Below, piece by piece: positions 35,648 through 45,345 of a DNA stretch of 64,000 bases. The DNA comes from Longimicrobiales bacterium (GTDB lineage Bacteria > Gemmatimonadota > Gemmatimonadetes > Longimicrobiales > Gaopeijiaceae), in the NCBI GenBank assembly GCA_965116905.1, contig OZ220732.1:832001-896000 (forward strand), given 5' to 3'. Below the pieces are notes generated by a model. That model made no database searches and was not told the DNA's origin. It was given only the letters and a program-made list of their open reading frames with translations. Within the stretch, counting starts at the first letter, position 1, and every line of letters starts with the position of its first letter. Both the position numbers and the translations under genes were made by a program.

Positions 35648-38025
35648 CCGACGAGCCTCCCGCCGGCGATCGCGTTGAAGAACAGGGGCCACGTGACGAT
35701 GCTCTGACCCCTGTAGTTGGGCTGAAAGCCGAAGAGGATCACCTCGCCCTGGCCGATACGCGCGCGGAGGAGCGCCGGCTGCCCGGCGAGCCGTTCGGGA
35801 CCCAGGATCCAGCCGGCGATCACGGGATCGGCCTGGCCGTACGTTCCCAGGACGTCCACCCGCTCATCGGCGACCGTAAAGGCCCGGCTGCTGCGCCAAT
35901 ACCAGGCAGCCGTCGAGCCGTCGTATCCGGCCGCCAGCGGATCCGACGCCAGGTCCACGCGCACGATGGATCCGGGCACGTAGAACTGCGTGTTCGGCAG
36001 GCCTGCCACGGGGTTCCCGACGTCCAGCCCGAAGAGTTCGATCGCGAACTCGGCCGCCTCCTCCATGACCACCAGCCGCCCGCCCGACTCCACGAACTCA
36101 CGGACGGCGGCTCGGCCCGCCTCTCCGATGCCTCCCGTGTACTGCTCCGGAAGCGAGCCGGGCAGGCGTCCCTGGCTGATCGACCGGTCCGACTGGCTCT
36201 GGAAGATCAGCACATCGTAGTCGTCGGCCAGCGACCCCGCCCGGACGCGCGCGTCGTGCAACGAGTCGTAGACCATTTCGTGCCGGTCGAACATCCAGCG
36301 CGTCCACCCGGCGATCATGGGCTCGTCGTGCCCCTTGTAGAGCGCGATCCGGGGCGCGCTGCTCCCCGTCAACGCTTCCGGCAGCTCGTAGGCGACCCCG
36401 TGCATCGGAATCGGCTCGCTCAGCGCCACATCGGGCTCGGCTTCCAGCGCCGCGGCCTCGATCCCCATGAGAAGCGGCAGCGTGTGCGCGGTCACGTCAT
36501 AGGGACGCTTCGGCGGCCCGCCGGGAAACTCCCGCATATCGGGATACTCCTGCTCGCTCAGCAGCGTCTGCGCGAACGGTGCGTACGGCTGCCGCATCAC
36601 CACAACGTGCGAGCCCGCCGGGTACACGGTGCCCCCGGCCGCGAAGTCCGCCTCCGCCCGCCGCACTTCGACATCGCCCATCGTCAGAATGCGAAGCACG
36701 CTCTCGACCCCCACCCGGTTCTCCTGCCCGGCGGGGATCACCCAGGCGGCCGGCCACTCGTCCCAGCCGGCGACGGCCCGCTGTCCCACGCGGTAGAAGT
36801 TCTCCAGCCAGAAGCGGCGGTTCTTCGCGGCGTTGACCAGGAGCGCCACCGCCCCCGAGAACTGGTACTCGACGATATCCGGCAGCCCCCACTCGCCCCC
36901 CTCCCAGGGCCAGGGGAACTTCCACGCGGCCCGTCCGGCATCGTACTCGCGGCCGCCCTGCAACACCTCCCGCGGCACGTTCACGGTGGTGGCCAGTTGT
37001 GCGGACGCGGTCTCGCTGAGGATTCGAGCTCCTCCGTGGTAGTGCATGTACGCGCGCCCGGGGTGAAAGCCGTCGTAGATGGCGTTGATGACGACGCCCT
37101 GCTTCCCCTGGGAAGTCAATTCCGCGGCCATGTAGGCACCGAGCTGGTTCACGGCCGAGATCAGGCCGGGATCGACGTTCGGCTCCATCGGGTCGATATA
37201 GGGCGGGAAGAAGATGCGGGCGCCCGAGCCGCCCATCTGGTGGATGTCGTGCACGATCTGCGGGTGCCAGTCGTTTTGCGCGCGGACCGTGTGCTGGGTC
37301 TCGTTCTGATAGAAGGTGTACCAGTCCCGATTGTTGTCGTGACCGGTGTAGAAGTGATAGAGCCACGGCGGCGCCCGGCCCTCGAACTCGGTGCCGACGT
37401 GCTCGTTGTAGAAGTCGTTCACCCACTGCGTGCCATCGGGGTTGAGCGACGGGATCTGCAGCAGGATGACGTTGTCGAGGATCTCGCGGACGCGCTCGTC
37501 GGACGATGACGCCAGGTGGTGAGCCAGCCTGGCGGCGGACTGTGCGCTGCCCACCTCGGTGGAGTGTATCGCGTGGGTGATCATGACGATGGTGCGCCCC
37601 TCGTCCAGCAGGCGCTCGAGCTCGTCTTCGCTCCCGACGGTGCGGGGGTCGGCAAGCTGGCGCTGGATGCCGTGCAGTTCGGAAAGGCGCGCATGGTTCG
37701 CCGGACTCGTGATGGTCAGCATGACGAACGGCCGCCCCCGGGTCGTGGGGCCGAGCGTGTCCACGGTGACCCGGTCGCTGGTGCGCGCGAGGACCTCGTA
37801 GTACGCCGTCAGGTCATCCCAGTTGGCCAGTTTGCCGGCGGCGCCCATGGGGAAGCCGAAGTGGTCGGCCGGGGCCGGGACCTGGGCGGTCAGCGCCGCG
37901 GGCAGGGCAACGGTCAGCGCCGCGGGCAGAGCCGCAATGAGGGCGATGCCGGCAAGCATCGTGGACGGCATGCCGCGCCGACGCGGCGTCGGGGTCGTGG
38001 TCCGGGTCAGCGGTGAAGGGCACAT
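35644..38025 (-). CDS. secreted M14 family zinc carboxypeptidase
   Basis: Signal peptide; IHSTE, LNPDG, DNNRD, DIHQMG, SETAS, PYDVTAHTLPL; AGGAG RBS. Confidence 0.9.
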   Translation of the reverse strand: MCPSPLTRTTTPTPRRRGMPSTMLAGIALIAALPAALTVALPAALTAQVPAPADHFGFPMGAAGKLANWDDLTAYYEVLARTSDRVTVDTLGPTTRGRPFVMLTITSPANHARLSELHGIQRQLADPRTVGSEDELERLLDEGRTIVMITHAIHSTEVGSAQSAARLAHHLASSSDERVREILDNVILLQIPSLNPDGTQWVNDFYNEHVGTEFEGRAPPWLYHFYTGHDNNRDWYTFYQNETQHTVRAQNDWHPQIVHDIHQMGGSGARIFFPPYIDPMEPNVDPGLISAVNQLGAYMAAELTSQGKQGVVINAIYDGFHPGRAYMHYHGGARILSETASAQLATTVNVPREVLQGGREYDAGRAAWKFPWPWEGGEWGLPDIVEYQFSGAVALLVNAAKNRRFWLENFYRVGQRAVAGWDEWPAAWVIPAGQENRVGVESVLRILTMGDVEVRRAEADFAAGGTVYPAGSHVVVMRQPYAPFAQTLLSEQEYPDMREFPGGPPKRPYDVTAHTLPLLMGIEAAALEAEPDVALSEPIPMHGVAYELPEALTGSSAPRIALYKGHDEPMIAGWTRWMFDRHEMVYDSLHDARVRAGSLADDYDVLIFQSQSDRSISQGRLPGSLPEQYTGGIGEAGRAAVREFVESGGRLVVMEEAAEFAIELFGLDVGNPVAGLPNTQFYVPGSIVRVDLASDPLAAGYDGSTAAWYWRSSRAFTVADERVDVLGTYGQADPVIAGWILGPERLAGQPALLRARIGQGEVILFGFQPNYRGQSIVTWPLFFNAIAGGRLVG

Positions 38026-38052
38026 GCCAGCTCCTGGGGTGCGTGTGTCTGT

Positions 38053-38811
38053 CTACAGTCCGGTAGGCGAGTCTACGAAACGGCTCTCGATTCCGAAACG
38101 TTGCTCCAGGAGGCGGGCAACGGCCTTCACGCCCCAGGTCTCGGTCGCGTAGTGGCCTCCGAGAAGGACCGAGACTCCGAGTTCGGCGGCGTCGATGGCA
38201 TGATGGTGCTGCGCCTCTCCGGTGACCAGCAGATCCAGCCCCGCGGCCGCCGCCTCCTGCAGGGCCGACGCACCGGCACCGGTGATCACGCCCGCCGTCT
38301 TCACGTGCGCGGGACCTCCGGGGAGGATCTGCGTCCGGTCGCCGGTCGCCTCCTCAAGGGTGCGTGCCAGCCTCTCCAGAGGCGCATCGACAACCCCCTT
38401 CCATCCCACCGCCGTTCCCTGGTAGTCGCCGAACGGCTCGAGGCGGCCGAGCCCCAGCTTTCGGGCCAACACCGCCGAGTTCCCGACTTCGGCGTGCGCA
38501 TCCAGCGGCAGATGAGCGCTGTAGAGAGCGGTGTCGGTCTCGACCAGCGCCTTGACCCGGCCGAAGTGCGGTCCGGTCAGCGGTCGCAGGCCAGCCCAGA
38601 ACAGGCCGTGGTGGACGACGAGAAGGTCGGCCCAATCCTTCACCAGGTCGATCACCGCCTGGCTGGCATCGACGGCGGCGGCGACCCGTCGCACGGGCCC
38701 GGAATGATCGACTTGAACGCCATTGAGGGCGTTCGGATAGTCGGGAACGCGTGAAACCGCAAGGTAGTCGTCGAGGAACCCGGCGATTTCCGTCAGAGCA
38801 ACGGAGCGCAT
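38053..38811 (-). CDS. Nif3-like dinuclear metal centre protein
   Basis: NGVQV, HHGLFW, HLPLDAH, TGE, GHYATE. Confidence 0.92.
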   Translation of the reverse strand: MRSVALTEIAGFLDDYLAVSRVPDYPNALNGVQVDHSGPVRRVAAAVDASQAVIDLVKDWADLLVVHHGLFWAGLRPLTGPHFGRVKALVETDTALYSAHLPLDAHAEVGNSAVLARKLGLGRLEPFGDYQGTAVGWKGVVDAPLERLARTLEEATGDRTQILPGGPAHVKTAGVITGAGASALQEAAAAGLDLLVTGEAQHHHAIDAAELGVSVLLGGHYATETWGVKAVARLLEQRFGIESRFVDSPTGL

Positions 38812-38842
38812 GACCGCGTGTTTTTTGCGGGCGGCCAGCCTG

Positions 38843-39310
38843 CTAGGCCTTCACCTTCCCGCCGACACCCAGCACTTTCCCTCCCTGCCCGCCGCCTGCC
38901 CGCTTCCGCTGGTCGGCACCCGGGGCAGCTCCGGGATCGATCGCGACCCCCGCGTCCTTGCGGCCGACACTGATGGTGCCGTTCACGACTCCGCCCTCTT
39001 CAAGCTGCAGGCGCGCGGCACTGATCTCGCCGTCGATGTGGCAGGTGGACTGCAACTCCAGACGGGACTCCACGATCAGCGCACCCTTCACCGTACCCGC
39101 GATCACCGCATCCTGGGTGTGTATGTCGCCGTTGACCCGTCCGGCCTTGCCGATCACAACCGCCTTGTGGGCACGGACCGAACCTTCGATGTGTCCTTCG
39201 ATGCGGATGGTGTCGGTCGTATCACAATCGCCGACGATGCGCAGTCCGGGCCCGATGATGGAGATGACCTGTTCGGGCGATGACGTTGGGGTGGGTCCTT
39301 TTCGTGCCAT
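38843..39310 (-). CDS. bactofilin (polymer-forming cytoskeletal protein)
   Basis: SIIGPGLRIVGD, IRIEGHIEG, VIGKAGRVNGDI, IDGEI, LEEGGVVNG beta-helix pattern. Confidence 0.92.
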   Translation of the reverse strand: MARKGPTPTSSPEQVISIIGPGLRIVGDCDTTDTIRIEGHIEGSVRAHKAVVIGKAGRVNGDIHTQDAVIAGTVKGALIVESRLELQSTCHIDGEISAARLQLEEGGVVNGTISVGRKDAGVAIDPGAAPGADQRKRAGGGQGGKVLGVGGKVKA

Positions 39311-39364
39311 GGCTTCCAACCGTGTTCCTTCCCTGGGTACGTAGTGATCTTGCGGAGAGCCGCC

Positions 39365-40126
39365 CTATTGCGGCGGCGTCACCATTGACAATGGATCGAT
39401 TGGCCGGCCGTTCCTCAGTATCTCGAAATGAAGATGGGGTGCGGTAGACCGTCCCGTCGAACCCGACAATGCGATCACCTCCCCCTGCCGAACCTGCCGG
39501 CCCCGTTCCGCGACCAGAAAGGAAGCGTGGCCGTACCTGCTGCGCCAGCCATCGCCGTGATCGATGAGGACGAAGAGACCGTAGACCGGATCGTTCGCCG
39601 CGTCAACAACGACGCCCCCGCCTGCCGCCCGTACGTAGGAGCCGCTGGCTACGGCGATGTCGATTCCGGGATGGTCGTCGGCACCATCGGAGCGAGTGAC
39701 AAACCCTTCCGTCGTAAGCGGCCAGGCGGTCGGCTCGGTGGCTGCGGCTCCTACTCCCAATCCGCCGCCGCTGGCGGACGCCGGTCCACGATTCGTAAGC
39801 CAGAGGGCGGAATCGCGCGAACTCGCGATACCCATCAACTGGAGGAAGTTGTCCTGCCGGGCCTCGAAGGCGGCCAGACGGCTCGCCAGCGAGTCCATCC
39901 GCTGGTGCCGGGCCATCAGCGAATCGTTCTGCTGCTGCAGCACTCCGGTCCTGGCGGCGCGGCCGGCCATGGCCGACCAGCTTGCCGCCATCGCCACGAT
40001 CAGGACACCCAGTGCCACCGCCCCGAACTTGATGGCGGCAAGGCGAGCCCGGGACAGGGTGATGGTGCGCGGTTCGTCCACATCGCGGCTCACCACGATG
40101 ATCGATATGCCGTCCTTGCCGTCCAA
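39365..40126 (-). CDS. membrane-anchored M23 family peptidase
   Basis: TM + coiled coil; HPGID, YGH, STGRSTAPHLHFE; start uncertain (TTG 40126). Confidence 0.88.
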   Translation of the reverse strand: MDGKDGISIIVVSRDVDEPRTITLSRARLAAIKFGAVALGVLIVAMAASWSAMAGRAARTGVLQQQNDSLMARHQRMDSLASRLAAFEARQDNFLQLMGIASSRDSALWLTNRGPASASGGGLGVGAAATEPTAWPLTTEGFVTRSDGADDHPGIDIAVASGSYVRAAGGGVVVDAANDPVYGLFVLIDHGDGWRSRYGHASFLVAERGRQVRQGEVIALSGSTGRSTAPHLHFEILRNGRPIDPLSMVTPPQ

Positions 40127-40188
40127 TTGTCGCTCCGGATTCCCGTTCCTGCCGACGCTGGAAACGAATATCGTCTGGGCGGGGCGTT

Positions 40189-41097
40189 TCAGCCAACTAT
40201 CTCGGCTGCTTCCTTTCCGGTCACGACGGCGAAGACCCGCTCCAGCTCGCGGGCCCCGCGAAACGAAATGCGGATGGCGCCATCGCCGCGGCCCTTCCAA
40301 TGGATGCCGACTCGTGCGCCCAGGTGGTCGCTGAGAACCTCCTCCAGGGCCCCGATGGCGGGATCACGTTCCCGCTCCTCGTCCTTGCGCGTTCGCGTCC
40401 GGGGCTTGTCCTGACCGGCCATTTCCCGAACGCGGCGTTCCGTTTCGCGCACCGACCACGATTCGGATACCGCCTGCCGGGCCACATCCGCAGCCTTCAC
40501 GGGATCGTCCACTCCGAGGATCGCCCTTCCGTGACCCATGGACAGCGTCCCTTCCTCGAGGAGCCGGCGGACGGACGGCGGGAGCGTGAGCAGGCGCAGC
40601 ACGTTGGCCACGGTCGACCGGCTCTTGCCCACGGCCTCGGCCACTTCGCGCTGGCCATACCCGAACTTATCCCGAAGGACCCCATAGGCCTTGGCTTCCT
40701 CCAGGGGACCGAGATCCTCGCGCTGGATGTTCTCTACGAGCGCGAGAACGAGCAGCGTACGGTCCTCCACCTCACGGATCTGTGCCGGTATCTCCTTCCA
40801 GCCCAACAACTTGACGGCCCGGAGCCGCCGCTCGCCGGCCACCAGCTGATAGGTTCGGCCCGAGGGCGACCGCCGCACGAGCACTGGCTGCAGCAGCCCA
40901 TTGACGCGGATGGAGGCCGCGAGTTCGCTGAGCTCGGCGGCCTGAAACTTCCGCCGCGGCTGGAATGGATTGGCGGCCACGGCCCGGATCGGGACCTGGG
41001 TCGAGGAGTCCGTCTCGGGCCCCGCCGTAACGGGTTCCTGCATGTAGTCTCCGAGCAGGGCGCCGAGCCCCCTGCCCAGTCGGTCGCCTCCGTTCAT
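40189..41097 (-). CDS. parB: chromosome partitioning protein ParB
   Basis: LGRGLGALL, NPFQPR, VAGERRLRA, LVENIQRED, KSRSTVANVLRLL. Confidence 0.96.
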   Translation of the reverse strand: MNGGDRLGRGLGALLGDYMQEPVTAGPETDSSTQVPIRAVAANPFQPRRKFQAAELSELAASIRVNGLLQPVLVRRSPSGRTYQLVAGERRLRAVKLLGWKEIPAQIREVEDRTLLVLALVENIQREDLGPLEEAKAYGVLRDKFGYGQREVAEAVGKSRSTVANVLRLLTLPPSVRRLLEEGTLSMGHGRAILGVDDPVKAADVARQAVSESWSVRETERRVREMAGQDKPRTRTRKDEERERDPAIGALEEVLSDHLGARVGIHWKGRGDGAIRISFRGARELERVFAVVTGKEAAEIVG

Positions 41098-41102
41098 CGT
41101 TC

Positions 41103-41891
41103 TTAGCTCCCGTGAATGTGAGCGAGCCCTGTCCTGCCCCGAATTTCCCTGGCAAGAGACGCATATCGCCGTGCGCCGGCCGAGGAGGGTTCATAGTCCG
41201 TGACCGGCTGTCCGAAACTCGGCGCCTCCGCGATGCTGACGTTTCGTGTGATGACCGTGTCGAAGACCTTCTCGCCGAAATACCGTTTCGCTTCGGTAGC
41301 CACCTGGCGCGAAAGGCTGAGGCGCTGATCGTACATGGTGAGGAGGACGCCCTCGACTTCAAGGCCCGGATTGAGGCCCCGCTGCACGACGCGAATCGTG
41401 TTCAGCAGCTGCGTAAGCCCCTCGAGCGCATAGAATTCGCACTGAATCGGAATCAGGACGGAGTCGGCCGCGGCAAGCGTATTCAGGGTCAGCAGGCCCA
41501 GCGAGGGCGGGCAGTCGATGAAGACGAAGTCGTAGTCGACCGTGAGCGGTGACAGCGTCTCCCGAAGGATCGTCTCCCGATCCTGAACGCCGACCAGCTC
41601 AACTTCAGCCCCCACAAGATCCCGGTTGGACGGGATGACATCGAGATTCGCGCGCTCCTCGGATCGAAAGACCGCCCGAAAGGCGGGAAGTCCTCGTACG
41701 AGCACATCGTAGACCGTAGGTATGTTGTTGCGCTGGATGATGCCCAGGCCGCTCGATGCGTTGCCTTGCGGGTCCATATCCACCAGGAGCACCCTGGCCC
41801 CGTCGCGAGCAAGGCTTGCACCGAGGTTGACCGCCGTCGTGGTCTTGCCGACGCCGCCCTTCTGGTTGGCGAGAGCGATGGTTCGGTTCAA
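41103..41891 (-). CDS. parA: chromosome partitioning ATPase ParA/Soj
   Basis: NQKGGVGKTT, DMDPQGNASSG, IDCPPSLG, PIQCEFYALEG, AEAPSFG. Confidence 0.96.
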   Translation of the reverse strand: MNRTIALANQKGGVGKTTTAVNLGASLARDGARVLLVDMDPQGNASSGLGIIQRNNIPTVYDVLVRGLPAFRAVFRSEERANLDVIPSNRDLVGAEVELVGVQDRETILRETLSPLTVDYDFVFIDCPPSLGLLTLNTLAAADSVLIPIQCEFYALEGLTQLLNTIRVVQRGLNPGLEVEGVLLTMYDQRLSLSRQVATEAKRYFGEKVFDTVITRNVSIAEAPSFGQPVTDYEPSSAGARRYASLAREIRGRTGLAHIHGS

Positions 41892-41972
41892 AACGCCACG
41901 TTTCCTGGGGTTTTCCGTGGGAGCGAGAGCCGAGGGGGCCCGACTCAATCCTCTCTGGAATCTAACGCCGGA

Positions 41973-41988
41973 TGTTCCACGTGGAACA
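41973..41988. promoter_or_regulatory. parS site
   Basis: Perfect palindrome TGTTCCACGTGGAACA, canonical parS, upstream of parA. Confidence 0.93.
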
Positions 41989-42016
41989 TCATTCCATCAT
42001 CGTCGCCCGGTGCGAG

Positions 42017-42032
42017 TGTTCCACGTGGAACA
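42017..42032. promoter_or_regulatory. parS site
   Basis: Second perfect TGTTCCACGTGGAACA. Confidence 0.93.
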
Positions 42033-42041
42033 CAAACGCGG

Positions 42042-43949
42042 CTACGTGTCCCCTGCCTCCGTCGGCGCTCCGGCCACGGCTCGGCGGTTTGCCACTCTGC
42101 GGACCTCCATCACAAGGTTCTGCAGGTCGGCGGGCGAGACGCCGGGGATCCTGCCGGCCTGCGCCAGGCTCCGGGGCCGGACCCGCTCGAGCTTCTGACG
42201 CGCTTCCGTAGACAGCGTCGCAAAACTCGTGAAGGGCGTGTCTTCCGGGATCGCGAAGTCGGCCTGGGCTCGCAGCTTCTCCGCCCGCTCCAGCTCTCGG
42301 CGCACATATCCCTCGTACTTGGTGTCGATCTCGACCGTCGCGAGGACGTCAGGGTCGAAGCGCGGCGCCGCGTCCCCGGCCGCCCGCAGGAGGGCTTCTG
42401 CGGTCACGCGCGGCCGGCGAAGGATGTCCCGGGCCCGTCGGGGGCGTTCGATTGGATGGCTTCCCGCCTCCTCCAGCGCGGGATTCACCGTAGCAGGCTG
42501 CATGATCTCGCTCCGGAACCATGCCATTGCACGCGACTCCTCGCGCAGACGGACCGCGAGCGCGGACTCCTGCTCTCGGGTCAGCAACCCGATTGACCGG
42601 GCGAGCGTCCCGAGGCGCGCGGGTCCGTTGTCCTGGCGCAGCAACAGGCGGAACTCGGCCCGCGACGTGAATAGCCGGTACGGCTCGTCCACACCCTTCG
42701 TGACCAGATCGTCGATGAGGACCCCGATATACCCCTGGTCCCGCTCGATCACAAACGGATCCCTGCCGAGTACGGCCAGGGCGGCGTTGGCGCCGGCGAC
42801 CAGGCCCTGCCCGGCCGCTTCCTCGTACCCGGTCGTTCCGTTGATCTGGCCGGCAAAGTACAATCCCGGAACACGGCGCACCTCGAGCGTGTGCCGCAGT
42901 TGATGCGGCGGAAAGTAGTCGTACTCGATTGCATACCCGGGTTTGGTCATCCTTGCTTCTTCGAGGCCGGGAATCGACCGGAGAAAGGCGAGCTGCACCT
43001 CTGGCGGGAGCGAGGTCGAGAGCCCGTTGACGTACAGTTCGGTCGTATCCAGCCCTTCCGGCTCGAGGAACACCTGGTGGCGCGCCACGTTCGGGAACCG
43101 CACCACCTTGTCCTCGATGGAGGGGCAGTAACGGGGACCCCGACCGGAGATCTCACCTCCGTAAAGTGCACTCCGAGAAAGATTTGCGGTGACTATGCGC
43201 TTGAGTTCCGCGCCGCACCACGTGATCCAGCACGGCCGCTGCCCGGGCAGGGGCTCACGGCTGTAGAAGCAGAATCGGAACGCGCTGTCCTCCCCGTCCT
43301 GGCGCTCGCAGCGCGAAAGGTCCACCGAACGTCCGTCGACCCGCGGCGGCGTGCCCGTCTTGAAGCGCTCCACGTTGAGCCCGCGCGCCTCGAGCGCCTC
43401 GGCTAGGTCGATCGATGGGCCCTCGCCCGCGCGCCCCGCCCCTTGCGCGGCGCTTCCACCGACATGGATCCTGCCACGGAGAAACGTTCCCGCGGTGACC
43501 ACCACGGCCGGTGCCTCGAAGACCACGCCGCCGCGCGTGACAATGCCCTGCACACGGTTGTCGTCCATCATCAGGCCGGTGACCATCTCCTGGAAGAGAT
43601 CCAGGTCGTCGAGCCCGTCGAGAACGCGCCGAACCGCCACAGGATACCGGGCGCGGTCGCATTGGGCCCGTGGTCCCCAGACCGCCGGCCCCTTGGATTG
43701 GTTTAGCATACGAAAGTGTATACGAGCTGCATCCGTGGCCCGCGCCATGACGCCGCCGAGGGCGCCGACTTCGCGCGCCACCGTGCCTTTCGCGACGCCG
43801 CCGATCGCCGGATTGCAGCTCATCTGCGCGATTCGGGTCAGATCCGGAGTCACGAGCACCGTCCTGGCGCCGAGCCGCGCGGACGCGGCGGCGGCTTCGG
43901 TTCCAGCGTGGCCTCCGCCGACCACGATTACGTCATAGCCAAGCCGCAC
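42042..43949 (-). CDS. mnmG: tRNA uridine 5-carboxymethylaminomethyl modification enzyme
   Basis: [54 protein letters not shown]. Confidence 0.97.
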   Translation of the reverse strand: MRLGYDVIVVGGGHAGTEAAAASARLGARTVLVTPDLTRIAQMSCNPAIGGVAKGTVAREVGALGGVMARATDAARIHFRMLNQSKGPAVWGPRAQCDRARYPVAVRRVLDGLDDLDLFQEMVTGLMMDDNRVQGIVTRGGVVFEAPAVVVTAGTFLRGRIHVGGSAAQGAGRAGEGPSIDLAEALEARGLNVERFKTGTPPRVDGRSVDLSRCERQDGEDSAFRFCFYSREPLPGQRPCWITWCGAELKRIVTANLSRSALYGGEISGRGPRYCPSIEDKVVRFPNVARHQVFLEPEGLDTTELYVNGLSTSLPPEVQLAFLRSIPGLEEARMTKPGYAIEYDYFPPHQLRHTLEVRRVPGLYFAGQINGTTGYEEAAGQGLVAGANAALAVLGRDPFVIERDQGYIGVLIDDLVTKGVDEPYRLFTSRAEFRLLLRQDNGPARLGTLARSIGLLTREQESALAVRLREESRAMAWFRSEIMQPATVNPALEEAGSHPIERPRRARDILRRPRVTAEALLRAAGDAAPRFDPDVLATVEIDTKYEGYVRRELERAEKLRAQADFAIPEDTPFTSFATLSTEARQKLERVRPRSLAQAGRIPGVSPADLQNLVMEVRRVANRRAVAGAPTEAGDT

Positions 43950-43952
43950 GGT

Positions 43953-45323
43953 TCACTTCCCTATGCAGAATTCCCCGAAAACGCGATCCAGTACCTCGTC
44001 CGGCGCGATCACGCCGAGGATTCCCTCGAGCGCGCTCTCGGCGGACTTGAGGTGGGCGGACGCGACCTCGGGCGGGATCCCCGCCGAAAGCGCTTCCGCA
44101 AAGGACTCCACCTCGGTTCGCGCGACCCGCAACAACTCCGCCTGCCGTCGACTGGTGACCACCGGCACTTCGTCACGATTCTCCACGATACCCCGGAACA
44201 CCAGTCCGCGCAGCCTGGTCCTCAGTTTGGCCAGCCCCTGGCCCGACTTCACCGAGACGGCCACCTCGTCACTCCCCGGTGCGTCACCGGCGCCGGCAAG
44301 GTCCCATTTCGTCCTCACGAGGATCACCGGCGACCCCAGCGACGCCAGGAACCTCTCGTCGCGCCGCCCCCGGGCAACCCCCGCTTCGCGACAGTACAGG
44401 ACAACGTCGGCGCCAGCCAGGTAGCGGCGGGCCACCTCGATCCCCAGTCGCTCCACGGTGCCGGCATCGCCGCGGAGTCCCGCCGTGTCGACGAGCCGGA
44501 ACGGAAACCCGTCCACCTCCACCACCGCCTCGATCGCGTCGCGCGTCGTGCCCGGAACATCTGTGACAATCGCGCGTTCCTGTCCGACTAAAGCATTGAA
44601 CAGACTGGACTTACCCGAATTGGGACGGCCGGCGAGCACGGTCACGGCACCCTCCCTCAGCAGCTCGCCGGAGGGGGCGGTGGCCAGCAGCAGGCCCATG
44701 TCGCGCCCCACGTCGGCCGCCCTTGCTGCAATGGCGGTCAACGGAGTGGGGGCGTCGTCTTCCTCGGGAAAATCGATGTGTTGCACCAGCAGCGCGGCGA
44801 GTCCGATCACGGCCTCCCGCAGGGCGGCGATCCTTGCGCCCAGCCCCCGTTCGAGCTGGTGCAGAGCCACGGCCCGGCCCTTCTCCGAGCGCGCCGCAAC
44901 CAGGTCCGCGACCGCCTCCGCCTGGGTCAGGTCCAGCTTGCCGTTCAGATAGGCCCGCTCCGTGAACTCCCCCGGTCTCGCCTGGCGGGCACCCAGCGCG
45001 ATGCACGCGGCGACCACGTTCCCGGGGATCGAGTGGCCGCCATGGGTCGACAGTTCCACCACGTCTTCGCCGGTGTAGCTCGCCGGCGCCAGATACACGG
45101 TAACCAGCGCCTGGTCGAGCGCTTCGCCCGACCGCGGGCGGTACAGGGTGCGGAGTTGGCTGGTCCGTTCCGCCCAGGCGGCGGTGGCGATGCCCTTGTC
45201 GCCGGTCAGCTCCGCCGCAATCCGGAGCGCGCGGCTTCCCGAAAGACGAACCAGCGCGATAGCGCCGAACCCCGGGGGTGTCGCCTGGGCCACGATGGTA
45301 TCGAGCAGCACGCCGGAGTCCAT
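43953..45323 (-). CDS. mnmE: tRNA modification GTPase
   Basis: SYTGED, GRPNSGKSS, PGTTRD, DTAG, C-terminal FCIGK. Confidence 0.97.
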   Translation of the reverse strand: MDSGVLLDTIVAQATPPGFGAIALVRLSGSRALRIAAELTGDKGIATAAWAERTSQLRTLYRPRSGEALDQALVTVYLAPASYTGEDVVELSTHGGHSIPGNVVAACIALGARQARPGEFTERAYLNGKLDLTQAEAVADLVAARSEKGRAVALHQLERGLGARIAALREAVIGLAALLVQHIDFPEEDDAPTPLTAIAARAADVGRDMGLLLATAPSGELLREGAVTVLAGRPNSGKSSLFNALVGQERAIVTDVPGTTRDAIEAVVEVDGFPFRLVDTAGLRGDAGTVERLGIEVARRYLAGADVVLYCREAGVARGRRDERFLASLGSPVILVRTKWDLAGAGDAPGSDEVAVSVKSGQGLAKLRTRLRGLVFRGIVENRDEVPVVTSRRQAELLRVARTEVESFAEALSAGIPPEVASAHLKSAESALEGILGVIAPDEVLDRVFGEFCIGK

Positions 45324-45345
45324 GGGAGCACCACCAGCCGAACCG

